Source of the DNA: Bugula neritina
Taxonomy: Eukaryota; Animalia; Bryozoa
DNA length: 64,000 nucleotides
NCBI GenBank assembly: GCA_964035545.1
Contig: OZ037767.1
Span: 7,512,581-7,576,580 of the forward strand
Reading direction: 5' to 3'
The translations under genes and the position numbers were made by a program. Positions 32,501 through 43,614 of this stretch are shown here, piece after piece. The notes below the pieces were generated by a model. The model was not told where the DNA came from. It did not search any database and worked only from the letters and a program-made list of their open reading frames with translations. Position 1 is the first letter of the stretch. The number at the start of each line of letters is the position of its first letter.

Positions 32501-34415
32501 CTAGAGAGGTCACCCAAGCCTCTGAAGTTAGAGAGGTCACCCAAGGATGTGAAGCTAGAGAGGTCACCCAAGCCTCTGAAGCTAGAGAGGTCACCCAGGG
32601 ATCTCAAGCTAGAGAAGTCACCCAAGCCTCTGAAGCTAGAGAGATCAACTAAGGATGTGAAGCTAGAGAGGTCACCCAAGGCTCTGAAGCTAGAGAGATC
32701 AACTAAGGATGTGAAGCTAGAGAGGTCACCCAAGCCTCTGAAGCTAGAGAGGTCACCCAGAGATCTCAAGCTAGAGAGGTCACCCAGAGATCTCAAGCTA
32801 GAGAAGTCACCCAAGCCTCTGAAGCTAGAGAAGTCACCCAAGGATGTGAAGCTAGAGAGGTCACCCAAGCCTCTGAAGTTAGAGAGGTCACCCAAGGATG
32901 TGAAGCTAGAGAGGTCACCCAAGCCTCTGAAGCTAGAGAGGTCACCCAGGGATCTCAAGCTAGAGAAGTCACCCAAGCCTCTGAAGCTAGAGAGATCAAC
33001 TAAGGATGTGAAGCTAGAGAGGTCACCCAAGGCTCTGAAGCTAGAGAGATCAACTAAGGATGTGAAGCTAGAGAGGTCACCCAAGGCTCTGAAGCTAGAG
33101 AGGTCACCCAAGAATATAAAGCTAGAAAAGTCACCCAAGGATCTCAAGCTAGAGCGGTCACCCAAGGATGTGAAGCTAGAAAGGTCACCCAAGGATCTCA
33201 AGCTAGAGAGGTCACCCAAGGCTGTGAAGCTAGAGAAGTCACCCAAAAATTCAAAGCTAGAAAGACCACCCAAGGATCTGAAGCTAGAAAGATCACCCAA
33301 AGCTGTGCCGATAAACAAGGCACCCAAGGCAATGAAGCTAGAAAAAACACTCAAGGCTCCAAAGCTAGAGAAATCACTCAAGGCTACAAGACAAACTGAA
33401 TTGTCAAGCCCAATGCTTAAAGTTCGAAGCCAAAACAAGTCACCATGTTTAATGCCTAAGGCCCCAGAAAAGACGAGGTTTCCAAGTATAACATCTGAGG
33501 TGCCTAAACAGAACAAGTCACCAAGCTCATTCCCAAAGGCTCCAAGGCAAATTGAATTGCCAGGTTTAGTGCCTAAAGTGTTGAAGGAGCAAAAGTCACC
33601 ATGCTTAATGCCCAAGGCCCCAGAACAATTGAAGTTTCCAAATCTATTGCTCAAGGCCCCTAAACCAACAAAGTCACCAAGTTTAATGCCCAAAGTAGCA
33701 GAGAAAACCAAGTTGCCGAGTTTAGTACCTGAAGCTTCAACATCAGCTAAGCTACCCAGTTTAGCTCCTAAAGATCTATCTTTGAGCAGGATGCCACATG
33801 CAGCACTTAAGGCTACAAAACAAAGTTCTTCACCTTGTCCAGTACCAACGACATCTCAAGTTACTAGGACTCTGTAAGTATCAAACTCACATTCCTGTGT
33901 GCTACAGCCAACAATTTTAAGCTAGTCTCATGTCTCACAACTCAATATTTTGGGTGTCCATTGTAGCTCTCCAAATGGAGAAAGCTCATCGATGGCATGT
34001 GGTGATGGAATGGGACTCAGTGTTCCAACAAGGCGCAAAGGCAATTCCAAAACAAAAAAGAGCTCTCAGAAAAAGTCGTAAGTAGCTAATTTTTAATTTG
34101 TTTGCTACTTTTACAAAATAATTAAAATTAAATGAATAGGTTAGAATTATTGCATTCTACATTGATGCTTTGCTGACCGAAAGACGAAAGCAATCTATGG
34201 TTACTGATAGTAAGCCAAAGTTTAAATTATTAGAACTTTTTTTGAAAGTAGTCTTTTTTTGTATAATGAAGTTTCTACATCATAGAAATTATAATGAAAA
34301 GCAAATGTCTTGGCTTAAGATTTTGCTGTATTTTGTGTAAACCATTTACAGTGAACAAAAGACTATGGACCTTCCACCAGTGGTGGTGCCAGCAAGGTTC
34401 AGACATAACCAGTAA
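23540..34415 (+). CDS. Uncharacterised Lys/Pro/Ser-rich repeat protein (paralogue A), about 762 aa
   Basis: Exons 23540-23559, 23731-23784, 23927-24013, 31102-31161, 31452-31547, 32077-33873 (contains the 580-aa ORF), 33967-34077 and 34352-34415. All introns are GT-AG and phase 2. Shares MSNS, KTPxxFE, WxxQRAP, RRxQL and LPPVVVPxRFRH with the gene at 49821. Confidence 0.78.
25281..28280. repeat. About 2.5-kb degenerate CACT/CACC satellite flanked by CT-rich polypyrimidine tracts
   Basis: CTCACCCACTCA-type units at about 25600-28095 with longer re-duplicated blocks and almost no G on the + strand. Intronic in paralogue A. Confidence 0.93.
28396..28712 (-). mobile_element. 3' LTR (317 bp) of the Gypsy remnant
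   Basis: Perfect 10-bp inverted termini TGAAAATTAG...CTAATTTTCA; internal TATAAATA on the minus strand (about 28561-28568); PPT adjacent at 28713. Confidence 0.75.
28396..30240 (-). mobile_element. 5'-truncated, decayed Ty3/Gypsy LTR retrotransposon (RNase H + integrase + PPT + 3' LTR)
   Basis: Minus-strand fragments HINVAKLEAVVR (RNase H-like), CQPVDPA, ELLLDNSMTFR and RFQAAYAPSGHGIVERNHWKIKRIAER (integrase), and GDEVWLNPP, with stops and frameshifts. Purine tract AGAGGAGAG immediately precedes the LTR. The 5' boundary is approximate. Confidence 0.82.
32365..33375 (+). repeat. Coding 27-bp minisatellite (9-aa KLERSPKxL/V unit) with a 351-bp higher-order duplication
   Basis: AAGCTAGAGAGGTCACCCAAGnnnnTG units; the diagnostic variant GAAGTTAGAG recurs at 32524 and 32875 (351 = 13 x 27). 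Confidence 0.95.
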
Positions 34416-34421
34416 TTGATG

Positions 34422-34855
34422 TCTAAGTCCAGAGCATAACACATCTATCTTCATTATTCAGTTTTAGTTAGATACTTACATATAATATTAGTTTTTTTTC
34501 CTAGGCATCGCACATCTATCTTCATCATTCAGTTTTAGTTAAATACTTAATAGCATTAGTTTGTTCCTAGCCTTCCTCTATCCCTTACCCTACCCTAAAA
34601 AGTCCTAAAATACACTCTCCTACTTTTGCAGTAAAACCATTATTAGTTTATCATTTTGTTATAATTGAGTTCCTAAGTCCAGAGCCACACACTTCTATCT
34701 TCCTCATTCAAATTTAGTTACAATACATACATTTAGAATTAGTTTATTCCTAGCCTTCCTCTATCCCTTACCCTACCCCAAAAGTGCCAAAATACAACCA
34801 CCTACTTTTGCATTAAAATCATAATTAGTTTATTGAGTTGTTATAATTTAGTTCT
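34422..34855. repeat. Diverged tandem duplication (about 250-bp period) in the probable 3' UTR of paralogue A
   Basis: CTAAGTCCAGAGC at about 34423 and 34673; CCTAGCCTTCCTCTATCCCTTACCCTACCC occurs twice. Confidence 0.8.
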
Positions 34856-34981
34856 TTCTTGAATAGTTTTAAAATATTTTAGTTCCTACAACCATCATAA
34901 TTAACTAAAACGCAATCTTTTTTTAAAATAGTAACTCCCAGTCCTTGTAACCTTTCAGACATTTTAACCTGGGAAAAAAAC

Positions 34982-35138
34982 TCACACTATCATGGGCTAA
35001 GTACTTGTGCAGATGAGGCACAGGGGCAATTATGATTGGATGCTTTTCCTAACATCACCAATGGCCTTTGTAGGGGTTCGAACCCATGGCTTCGTGTTCA
35101 CTTTGCAAACACTTTAACCCCTAGACCACGGCTGCTCC
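34982..35138 (-). mobile_element. tRNA-derived SINE copy with target-site duplication
   Basis: A box TGGTCTAGGGG and B box GGTTCGAACCC on the minus strand; flanked by the direct repeat AACCTGGGAAAAAAAC (34966-34981 and 35142-35157). Confidence 0.87.
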
Positions 35139-35764
35139 TTCAACCTGGGAAAAAAACATTGCGAATAAAATTTAGTGACCGTGTGAGATTGCAATGTTAA
35201 AAAATATAAAAGAAGTAGCAATGCAATTGGCGCTACTAATAAAAATCTGGAGGGTCTTTGAAGACAGTACTAAAGTGTCTCAGTAGTCTTTACAGACAAA
35301 ATCTTTGCAGTAAGACGAGATGTGTTGCCCCTTTTTTTGCATATGATGTGCAATGTTTGCATTTTCTGAATGCGAGCAGTTAAGGTGACTGCTTTTGACC
35401 CAGCAGAAAGCACAAAGCTGGCAACGACCGCCTACTGTGGGGCTCTCAAATCCTATAAATGGGCAAGGGTGCTACAGAAATCATGTAGTCTGTTCTGTTA
35501 AATTGTTTAACAGCTTTTTGAAATGTTGTGCCCCAACAAACAACTATACATAACCGATGTTTGTAGCATGGGCTAAAGATGCTGCGGGTCGCTTTTTTGC
35601 AGAAAATGCCAATTACCCTTTCAAATAGTGTGCAGGAAAATTTTTTTTTGGCAAATAGCTATATTTTGCTTCATAAGATTGGCAGTTGACCTAACCATTA
35701 AATGTCATCTGACGGGTAGCACTATTATTGTATAATTAGAGAGCTTGAGATTTACTTAATTGGC

Positions 35765-36150
35765 CGACTTTTACTTGACTTTTTACTTGACTTTTTTACT
35801 TGACATTTTACTTGACTCACTTGACTTAATCTAACAAACTTGACTAACTTACTTGACTTATTTAACTTGACCTAGTTAACTTGACTTACCTACATTACTT
35901 ACTTGTAGGACTTATTTAACTTGACCTAGTTAACTTGACTTATTTACATCACTTACTTGTGGGACTTATTTAACTTGACTTATTTACTCAACTTATTTAC
36001 TTGACCTGTTTAAATTACTTTTTCAATTTTTTACTCAAATTTTTCATTTAACTTGTTTACTTAACTCATTTAACCTAACTTATTCAACTTAACTTATTTA
36101 ATTTAACTTATTCAACTTATTGTTATTTGACTTGACTTATATACTTAACT
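35765..36150. repeat. AT-rich degenerate minisatellite (TTACTTGAC / TTAACTTGAC units)
   Basis: Repeated TTTTACTTGAC and TATTTAACTTGAC units. Confidence 0.85.
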
Positions 36151-36662
36151 AACAAACCATGCAATTATGTGCCCAACATTTCTCAATGATGTGATATGGG
36201 AAGGCAAAAATGGGCTAACATATTTACGCAGTATCACTGCTCAGCAAGGACCCAAAATGTTCTGTGAACATTTATACACTTTGAGTGCATAGTGACTTGC
36301 ATATAACTTTATGAACAATAAACAAGTTAAATCTGAGGGGCTTTAATATAACAGAGTAGTGCTGGGCGTTAGATGACATTAAAGTCAACTATAGGTAGCA
36401 AATTAGAATGACATGATAATAGTATATTGCTGTTATCTATAGTTGATGATGTAGTGCTATGGTGCTAATCTCAGAGCTGGAGACATGTCACACAAATCAA
36501 GTCAAATCAAATCATGCAATAACTCAATTCAAGTCAAATCAAGTTTTCAAGTCATTAATACAAAGTAAAGCTACTACATATGCTGTTTTACAAGTTATGG
36601 TAGCTATTTCTATGTCTACTGGGTGCTAAAATATGATAAGCCCTGACGAAGAGGCACATACA

Positions 36663-37050
36663 GCTGCTGTATTACATACTGGTGCTTTAACCTTGCCAGT
36701 GTAAATTTTCTTGTAGAATCCTAATCTTCTTGTGACCTAATACCTTGTGTCGTAAAAAGTAGCAATAGTTTTGTGACATCCAACTGTGAAATGAAATGTC
36801 AGATTTCTAACCTGCAAACCAGTAGTGTGCTACCCATTACATTTCAGGAGCTGCATATAGCATGTAGTCACTTTAAACTTGCCAGTGTGAGTTTTCTGGT
36901 AAAATCTCAATCTACTTGTAACTTAATATCCTGTGTCATAAAAAGTAGCAAATGTTTTGTGACATTCAACTGTAAAAGAGCTGTCTCACCAGGCATAGAA
37001 TCTCAGATCTCTAATCTGCATACAAGTAGTGCTATCCATTACATTATGGG
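36663..37050. repeat. Two diverged tandem copies of about 190 bp
   Basis: CTTGCCAGTGT...TAAAAAGTAGCAA..GTTTTGTGACAT..CAACTGT...CCATTACATT occurs twice. Confidence 0.8.
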
Positions 37051-37326
37051 AACTACTGAGGAATCTTCCTCCACATTTTACACAGTTGTCCAGAAATTCA
37101 CTGGCTTTCCTACTGCTTTGTCGGTTGTTGGGCTCCACCAGCCCCTTCAATCCTGTAGAAGTAATTCTACACCACACAGGCCCAAAGTGGCTTGTGAAAT
37201 AATTACCTCCATTGGGAATCGAACCCCGCACTAATGAAACGTTGTTTGATGTATCTGCATAAAAGCTAAAAAATATCTAAGTATTGTGACATGAATCTGG
37301 CTCTGAGTAAAATTTTGTTAAAAAAA

Positions 37327-37630
37327 GCATGTTAGTGGTATGTTAGTAGCATGTCAAAAACATGCTACTAACATACCACTAACATGCAACTAACATACTA
37401 CTAATTACTACTAATTACTACTAATTACTACTAACTGACTACTAATTACTACTAACTGACTACTAACTGACTACTAACTCACTACTAACTCACTACTAAC
37501 TCACTACTAACTCACTACTAACTCACTACTAACTCACTACTAACTTGCTACTAACCTGCTTTGTTAATTGTTCTACTAAATTGCTACTAACTTACTACCT
37601 ACTAATTTCTCACTAACTCGCTATTAACTT
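37327..37630. repeat. 10-11-bp ACTA-rich minisatellite starting with a perfect hairpin
   Basis: ACTAACTCACT / ACTAATTACT units; inverted arms at 37327-37354 and 37360-37387. Confidence 0.9.
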
Positions 37631-37682
37631 CCTGCTACCTTGTTAACATAATTATTTCACTTATTTACTAAATCACTTAAGT

Positions 37683-37830
37683 TGCAGTAATGGATAAATT
37701 TGAATAAAGTGTTCGACGATCTATAAAAATTAGTTTGGGGTACAAGTTGAAAAATTTCATGAAATTTTTAATAATTTTGCAAGTTGTTTTTCTCTAGAAA
37801 CAGGATTATTTACATTTCTCCATCACTGCA
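37683..37830. mobile_element. Putative MITE (about 150 bp), copy 1
   Basis: Terminal inverted repeats TGCAGTAATGGA...TCCATCACTGCA; similar to 38806-38961. Confidence 0.5.
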
Positions 37831-38080
37831 TCTAAATTTTAACTTACTATTGACTTATTGATAATGTTATTTACGCTTTTACTAATATGTTACTATCTTT
37901 TAGCTGTTATTTACTAACCTGCATTAATTGTTCATCAGCTTGCTACTAACACAAAACTACTTTTGCTTCAACTATCGCAAACTTCCTACTAACTTACAAC
38001 TACTTTTTAACCAATTTGCAATATGCTTACCACTAACCTGCTTTTCAAATACGATTAGATGATACTAACACACTACTAGA

Positions 38081-38640
38081 CTGCACTGCACTGCACTGCA
38101 CTGCACTGCACTGCACTGCACTGCACTGCACTGCACTGCACTGCACTGCACTGCACTGCACTGCACTGCACTGCACTGCACTGCACTGCACTGCACTGCA
38201 CTGCACTGCACTGCACTGCACTGCACTGCACTGCACTGCACTGCACTGCACTGCACTGCACTGCACTGCACTGCACTGCACTGCACTGCACTGCACTGCA
38301 CTGCACTGCACTGCACTGCACTGCACTGCACTGCACTGCACTGCACTGCACTGCACTGCACTGCACTGCACTGCACTGCACTGCACTGCACTGCACTGCA
38401 CTGCACTGCACTGCACTGCACTGCACTGCACTGCACTGCACTGCACTGCACTGCACTGCACTGCACTGCACTGCACTGCACTGCACTGCACTGCACTGCA
38501 CTGCACTGCACTGCACTGCACTGCACTGCACTGCACTGCACTGCACTGCACTGCACTGCACTGCACTGCACTGCACTGCACTGCACTGCACTGCACTGCA
38601 CTGCACTGCACTGCACTGCACTGCACTGCACTGCACTGCA
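38081..38640. repeat. Perfect (CTGCA)n pentanucleotide microsatellite, 112 copies
   Basis: 560 bp uninterrupted. Source of the QCSAV ORFs. Confidence 0.98.
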
Positions 38641-38805
38641 CTATACACTACTATACTAACACTACATTACTATACTAACACTACTATACTGTACTAACAC
38701 ACTACTAGAATATACTAACAGACAAGTAATAAGCTACTAATTCTGCAATGACGCTAAAAAACACTCTACAAATACTGTACAAACACTCGGTAACTTTCAT
38801 TCAGG

Positions 38806-38961
38806 TGCAGTAGTGGATAAATTATAATAGCCAAATTATTCGAGCTTTTTAATAAAGTTTGGTTTGACTGCAGGCTAAAATTCTGATAAGAACCTAACTT
38901 ATTTTGCTAAATTTCCAATCTATGTAAAAGACAAGCTATTCTCAATTTTTCCATTACTGCA
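38806..38961. mobile_element. Putative MITE (about 155 bp), copy 2
   Basis: Terminal inverted repeats TGCAGTAGTGGA...TCCATTACTGCA. Confidence 0.5.
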
Positions 38962-39534
38962 AATAATTCTTCAGCTCACTGTTCAGGTTTTACTGATCCG
39001 CTCTTTATTGTCATGCTTTACTAACGCTGCTTGCACCACTAACAGTAGTAAGGCACTAATTCAGCTAACAAACTACTAAGACTCTACTAAACTCTACTAA
39101 ATTCTACTAAACACTACTAAACACTACTAAACACTACTAACCTTCTACTAACCCTCTACTAACCTGCAAATATGTTAAAAACATTAGCACCAGCGCACTA
39201 CATAGGGTGTTTTTAGATCTCCCATGCAAGCAATAGCAAACTGATTATTTATGAGTGCATATAATGCACTAATGCAGCAATCAAATGCAGTAGATAGGCA
39301 AAAATAGCCTTAACTTGCTTCTATAAATAACCTGGGATTAATAATCCATTCATCCACTATTGCCAGCAATATTTTCCTACTTGGAAGTATTTTGCTGTAA
39401 GATAGTAGTGAACTCTGAGTAACTGCTCTTTTAAATATGGGCACTTAATTTTTAAGAGCTATGCCTTTGTGCATTGTCTCAAATGCATATCTTATATGAT
39501 GCAGGCATACGTTAGCTAACTGTAGCTTATGCAT

Positions 39535-40451
39535 CACTCTAACATGAGACTATGCATGCAATATACTAGCATGGGACTATGCATGCAGTACACTAGCATG
39601 GGACTATGCATGCAGTACACTAACATGTGGCTATGCATGTAATACACTAGCATGGGGCTATGCATGTAATACACTAACATGGGACTATGCATGCAGTACA
39701 CTAGCATGGGGCTATGCATGCAGTACCCTAGCATGGGACTATGCATGCAGTACACTAGCATGGGGCTATGCATGTAATACACTAACATGAGACTATGCAT
39801 GCAGTACACTAACATGTGGCTATGCATGTAATACACTAGCATGGGGCTATGCATGTAATACACTAGCATGAGACTATGCATGTAATACACTAACATGAGG
39901 CTATGCATGCAGTACACTAACATGAGACTATGCATGTAATACACTAGCATGGGGCTATGCATGTAGTACCCTAACATGGGGCTATGCATGCAGTACACTA
40001 ACATGGGACTATGCATGCAGTACACTAGCATGGGGCTATGCATGTAGTACCCTAGCATGGGGCTATGCATGCAGTACCCTAGCATGAGGCTATGCATGCA
40101 ATATACTAACATGTGGCTATGCATGCAGTACACTAACATGAGACTATGCATGTAATACACTAACATGGGGCTATGCATGCAGTACACTAGCATGAGACTA
40201 TGCATGTAATACACTAGCATGAAGCTATGCATGCAGTACACTAGCATGAGAATATGCATGTAATACACTAGCATGAAGCTATGCATGCAGTACACTAACA
40301 TGAGACTATGCATGCAGTACACTAGCATGGGACTATGCATGCAGTACACTAGCATGAGGCTATGCATGCAGTACACTAGCATGAGACTATGCATGTAATA
40401 CACTAGCATGGGGCTATGCATGTAATACACTAGCATGGGCCTATGCATGTA
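39535..40451. repeat. 27-bp minisatellite, about 34 copies (GCTATGCATGCAGTACACTAGCATGGG)
   Basis: Directly visible. Source of the MHSPMLVYC ORF. Confidence 0.96.
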
Positions 40452-40655
40452 AGTTTCTCTCATCACCACCATATCTCTGTGGTAGAGCCTGGTGGTGATG
40501 GGTCTATAAATCGGGACAAGAACCTGTTTCTAAGTGGCACAGGAGCAATTATGACTGATCGCCATCCCTAACATCGCCGCCTGTCTATGGACTCGAACCA
40601 CTGACATGGTATTTTATTGGGCCAGTGCTCTAGCCACTTGAGCACAAATATTGCT
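40452..40655 (-). mobile_element. SINE of a related subfamily (shared core, different head)
   Basis: GGCACAGGAGCAATTATGACTG...CCTAACATC core; B-box-like GGTTCGAGTCC on the minus strand. Confidence 0.65.
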
Positions 40656-40916
40656 TGCATTCAAAAACATAAAAATTTAAAATAAAAGCATTGAGATCTA
40701 AAAACACCCTAATGGTTAGGTCACTGTCAATCTACAATTTAGTCTCTTCCTGCACATAGAGGGAAATTAAGGGCATATTTTGCTGCGAAAAGTGAAGATA
40801 GTGTGCCTTCACTATCACACACTGCCTATATATGCAGCAAAGGCAGCAAACTTTGCAAAAAGTTTTGGCCCCACTATATGGCACAGGGCTAGAAAATGCC
40901 TGCCATTTTCTTTGAG

Positions 40917-41060
40917 GATTCCCCTTCCTCCAAACACCAGGGGCCATTTCCTTTGGGGATTTTCCCTCCTCCAAACACCAGGGGCCATTTCCTTTGGGGA
41001 TTTTCCCTCTTCCCTACACCAGGGGCCATTTTCATTTGGGATTTCCTCCTCCTCCCAACA
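40917..41060. repeat. About 42-bp tandem repeat (3+ copies)
   Basis: GATT..CC..CCTCCAAACACCAGGGGCCATTTCCTTTGGG repeated. Confidence 0.88.
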
Positions 41061-43614
41061 TCAGTGTGCTATTTTGCATGCCATTTTTGGAGCTGAAAGG
41101 TATACAAGGACAATTTTTAATTTCTATGCCAATTAAAGTTACTATTTTGTTTCGGAAAACTCCTCAAGTTTTCCACTTTTCTTTTTTGTAAATTAAACAA
41201 CAAACGCAATACCCACCCAAAACAGATTTGTCAATACTTTATTTACATTTACCAACACTTATGTTTCTAAAACTTGGGGTAGGGTAGGGTAGAGGAAAAT
41301 TACTCCAATTGTTATAATTATTTTAAGCCAACTCAGCTACTACAACTACTAAAGCCTGTATTACTTGTTCAAGAACACAATTTAATCCTTCTATTATTTT
41401 TCCTCCATTATCAAACATGTGACTTTGATGTGTTGCTCAATTGCCAAAATTTCAATTTTTTTTCACATATGTTGTGTTATGCAACTTATGTATGTATATA
41501 TGTTATGTATTGTTTATAAAAAAAAACTCTGCTTATGCAGACCAAAAAAATTGTTTGTTGTGTTGTTTGAATAAAATAAAGTGCTTTATTCCAAAGCCTA
41601 AACCCATTGTGTAATGCTGAAGAAACTCTTACTTTGCCTTTGAACAGATGAAAATATTATACAGCTGATAGATTTATGCTTTTGTTATAAAATGCATCAA
41701 TGACTGGTTGTTATATGATGCAGTTTGAGCATTAAGTTGAGTTGCTCCGCTAGACAAACAATAGATGATTTCAGTTTTATGACGATATTTGTAAAGGAAA
41801 ATTCACAGAGAGTTAGCTTCTCCTTCATCTCCATTACATACATGCTAACTTCTTTTTAATCATTTGCTGTCATCTTTAATATATTTGAGTTGAAGTGATT
41901 CAAACTGTAATATTAATGCAATTATTGCATTTTCAAAAATTTACGCTATTACAATAAAATACATGCTACAACTTCCAAGTGAAATAATTTTGGGAACAAA
42001 CAACTTCTATATGTACCTGCAGTAGTTTCATGAAAATACGCCTTATGCAAAGTATATAGAAAAGTAAAATTAAAAGATTATCTTCTTTGAATAAATCAGA
42101 AGCACATAAACAAAATAACAATATGGCATGAAACTTATACCTTCTTGATTAAGAGACAAAAAAAAAATATAACGCTGAGACTATATATGAAGCTGCTGAA
42201 AAAATTGAACATGAATTAGATAAGAAACTTTTTTGTAGAAAAACGCATTTGCAGTTAATTATAGGTTAAACATGCTAGTCTACATTTTTAAAGCTATAAA
42301 TTAATTTTAAAAGGTCCCAGATTATTTATTCATGACTGCTGGGGTCAATAACATAGCTCCTCACACATAGAGGCTGCAGGTAAACTGTGCATTATAAGAT
42401 TATTACTTTCAGAGTTGTCATGCCCCGAACAACTAATTACAGCGCAGTTGTTACTTGGTTGAAACTCTCAGGCTAATTAGAGTTTCAAAGTGAACACAAG
42501 CTAGGTTGAGGTGAAATTGTCTTTTTATATGCAGCAAAATTTTTCATTACATCAATGCATTAATTGGAATCATTATTTTTAGAATTTTCTAATTAATAGC
42601 TTGTTTCAAGATCTGACTGGCTCTTTACATTTGTCACATCAATGTACATTAAGTTAGCAGTTGTTCTCTCTCAGTATAATATACTTGCTTAAACTACTGC
42701 ATATTTGTGATCAAGAAAGTAGACATGTTGATCACAGAAGCAGTATATTTTATGCATATCAAAGAAGCGGAGCAGGAAAGGAAGTGATATAATAAGATTG
42801 ATTACATCATATAGAAAGTTATCTACTCTTGACATCTAGTGATGATATGACAATTACCAATAAGAATATTTTAAACAGAAAATTTAATAACCGAATAAAT
42901 ATTATGTGTGTTGTTACTTTAGCATAAGATTGAATTCTATCAGCAATTGTATGCTACTTTTCATTAATAAAACTTATCCCATCTCCAGAGAAAGGTGTGC
43001 CAAACACTATTTTTTTATTTACAGCAAGTTGCCTGAAAAAAGTGTGAACAAAACCTGGTAGTTGGAAAATAGTTGTATTTTATGCTATAAGTTGCTAATT
43101 ATTAACACTGCATTGAAAGATTTTTATAGATGTCATTTGCTACTTTAATATACAAGAAGCGTATCATAATGAAATTAGACTCTTATGTGTTGGAGATCTA
43201 AAAGCTCTTATGCTTTAGTAAATGAAGAAGTTCTTAGCCACATGTAGCAGGCATTTTAAAAAGCAGAAGATAGGCATATTTTGGAAAACAGAAGTTGTTT
43301 GAATAGAAGTTTTAGTAAAGAATGACAACTCTATTGTTATTAAATTAGATGCAAATCTATATTTGGCTGACCTTGAAAAAAATAATTCATACAAGAGTTT
43401 ACTTGGTAACTTACAGTATGTTTAACAAAAGTGTTTCATTGCTAATATAAGATTCAACCAAACATAGCAAAGCTAGGCCATATATCTTAATAGAAATTAA
43501 TATAGTCGCAATATAGAACCACTTGTTGGCAAAAAATAAAGCAAAGCTATTTTTAATTATGTAAAGCTACAATTTTTCTTATTTGCCCTACAGCATAGGA
43601 TAGAGTTTTACTTT

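Noticed and set aside
32059-33711. 550-aa minus-strand ORF
   Set aside because: Antisense shadow of the 27-bp coding repeat; the + strand frame has splice sites and joins flanking exons.
38045-38648. QCSAV-repeat ORFs
   Set aside because: Translation of the (CTGCA)n microsatellite in all three frames.
32365-40451. Common origin of the two 27-bp minisatellites
   Set aside because: Same period but no convincing sequence similarity on either strand.
39534-40472. 312-aa MHSPMLVYC ORF or CRISPR-like array
   Set aside because: Head-to-tail 27-bp minisatellite with no unique spacers, no cas genes and a eukaryotic context; the ORF start lies inside a SINE.
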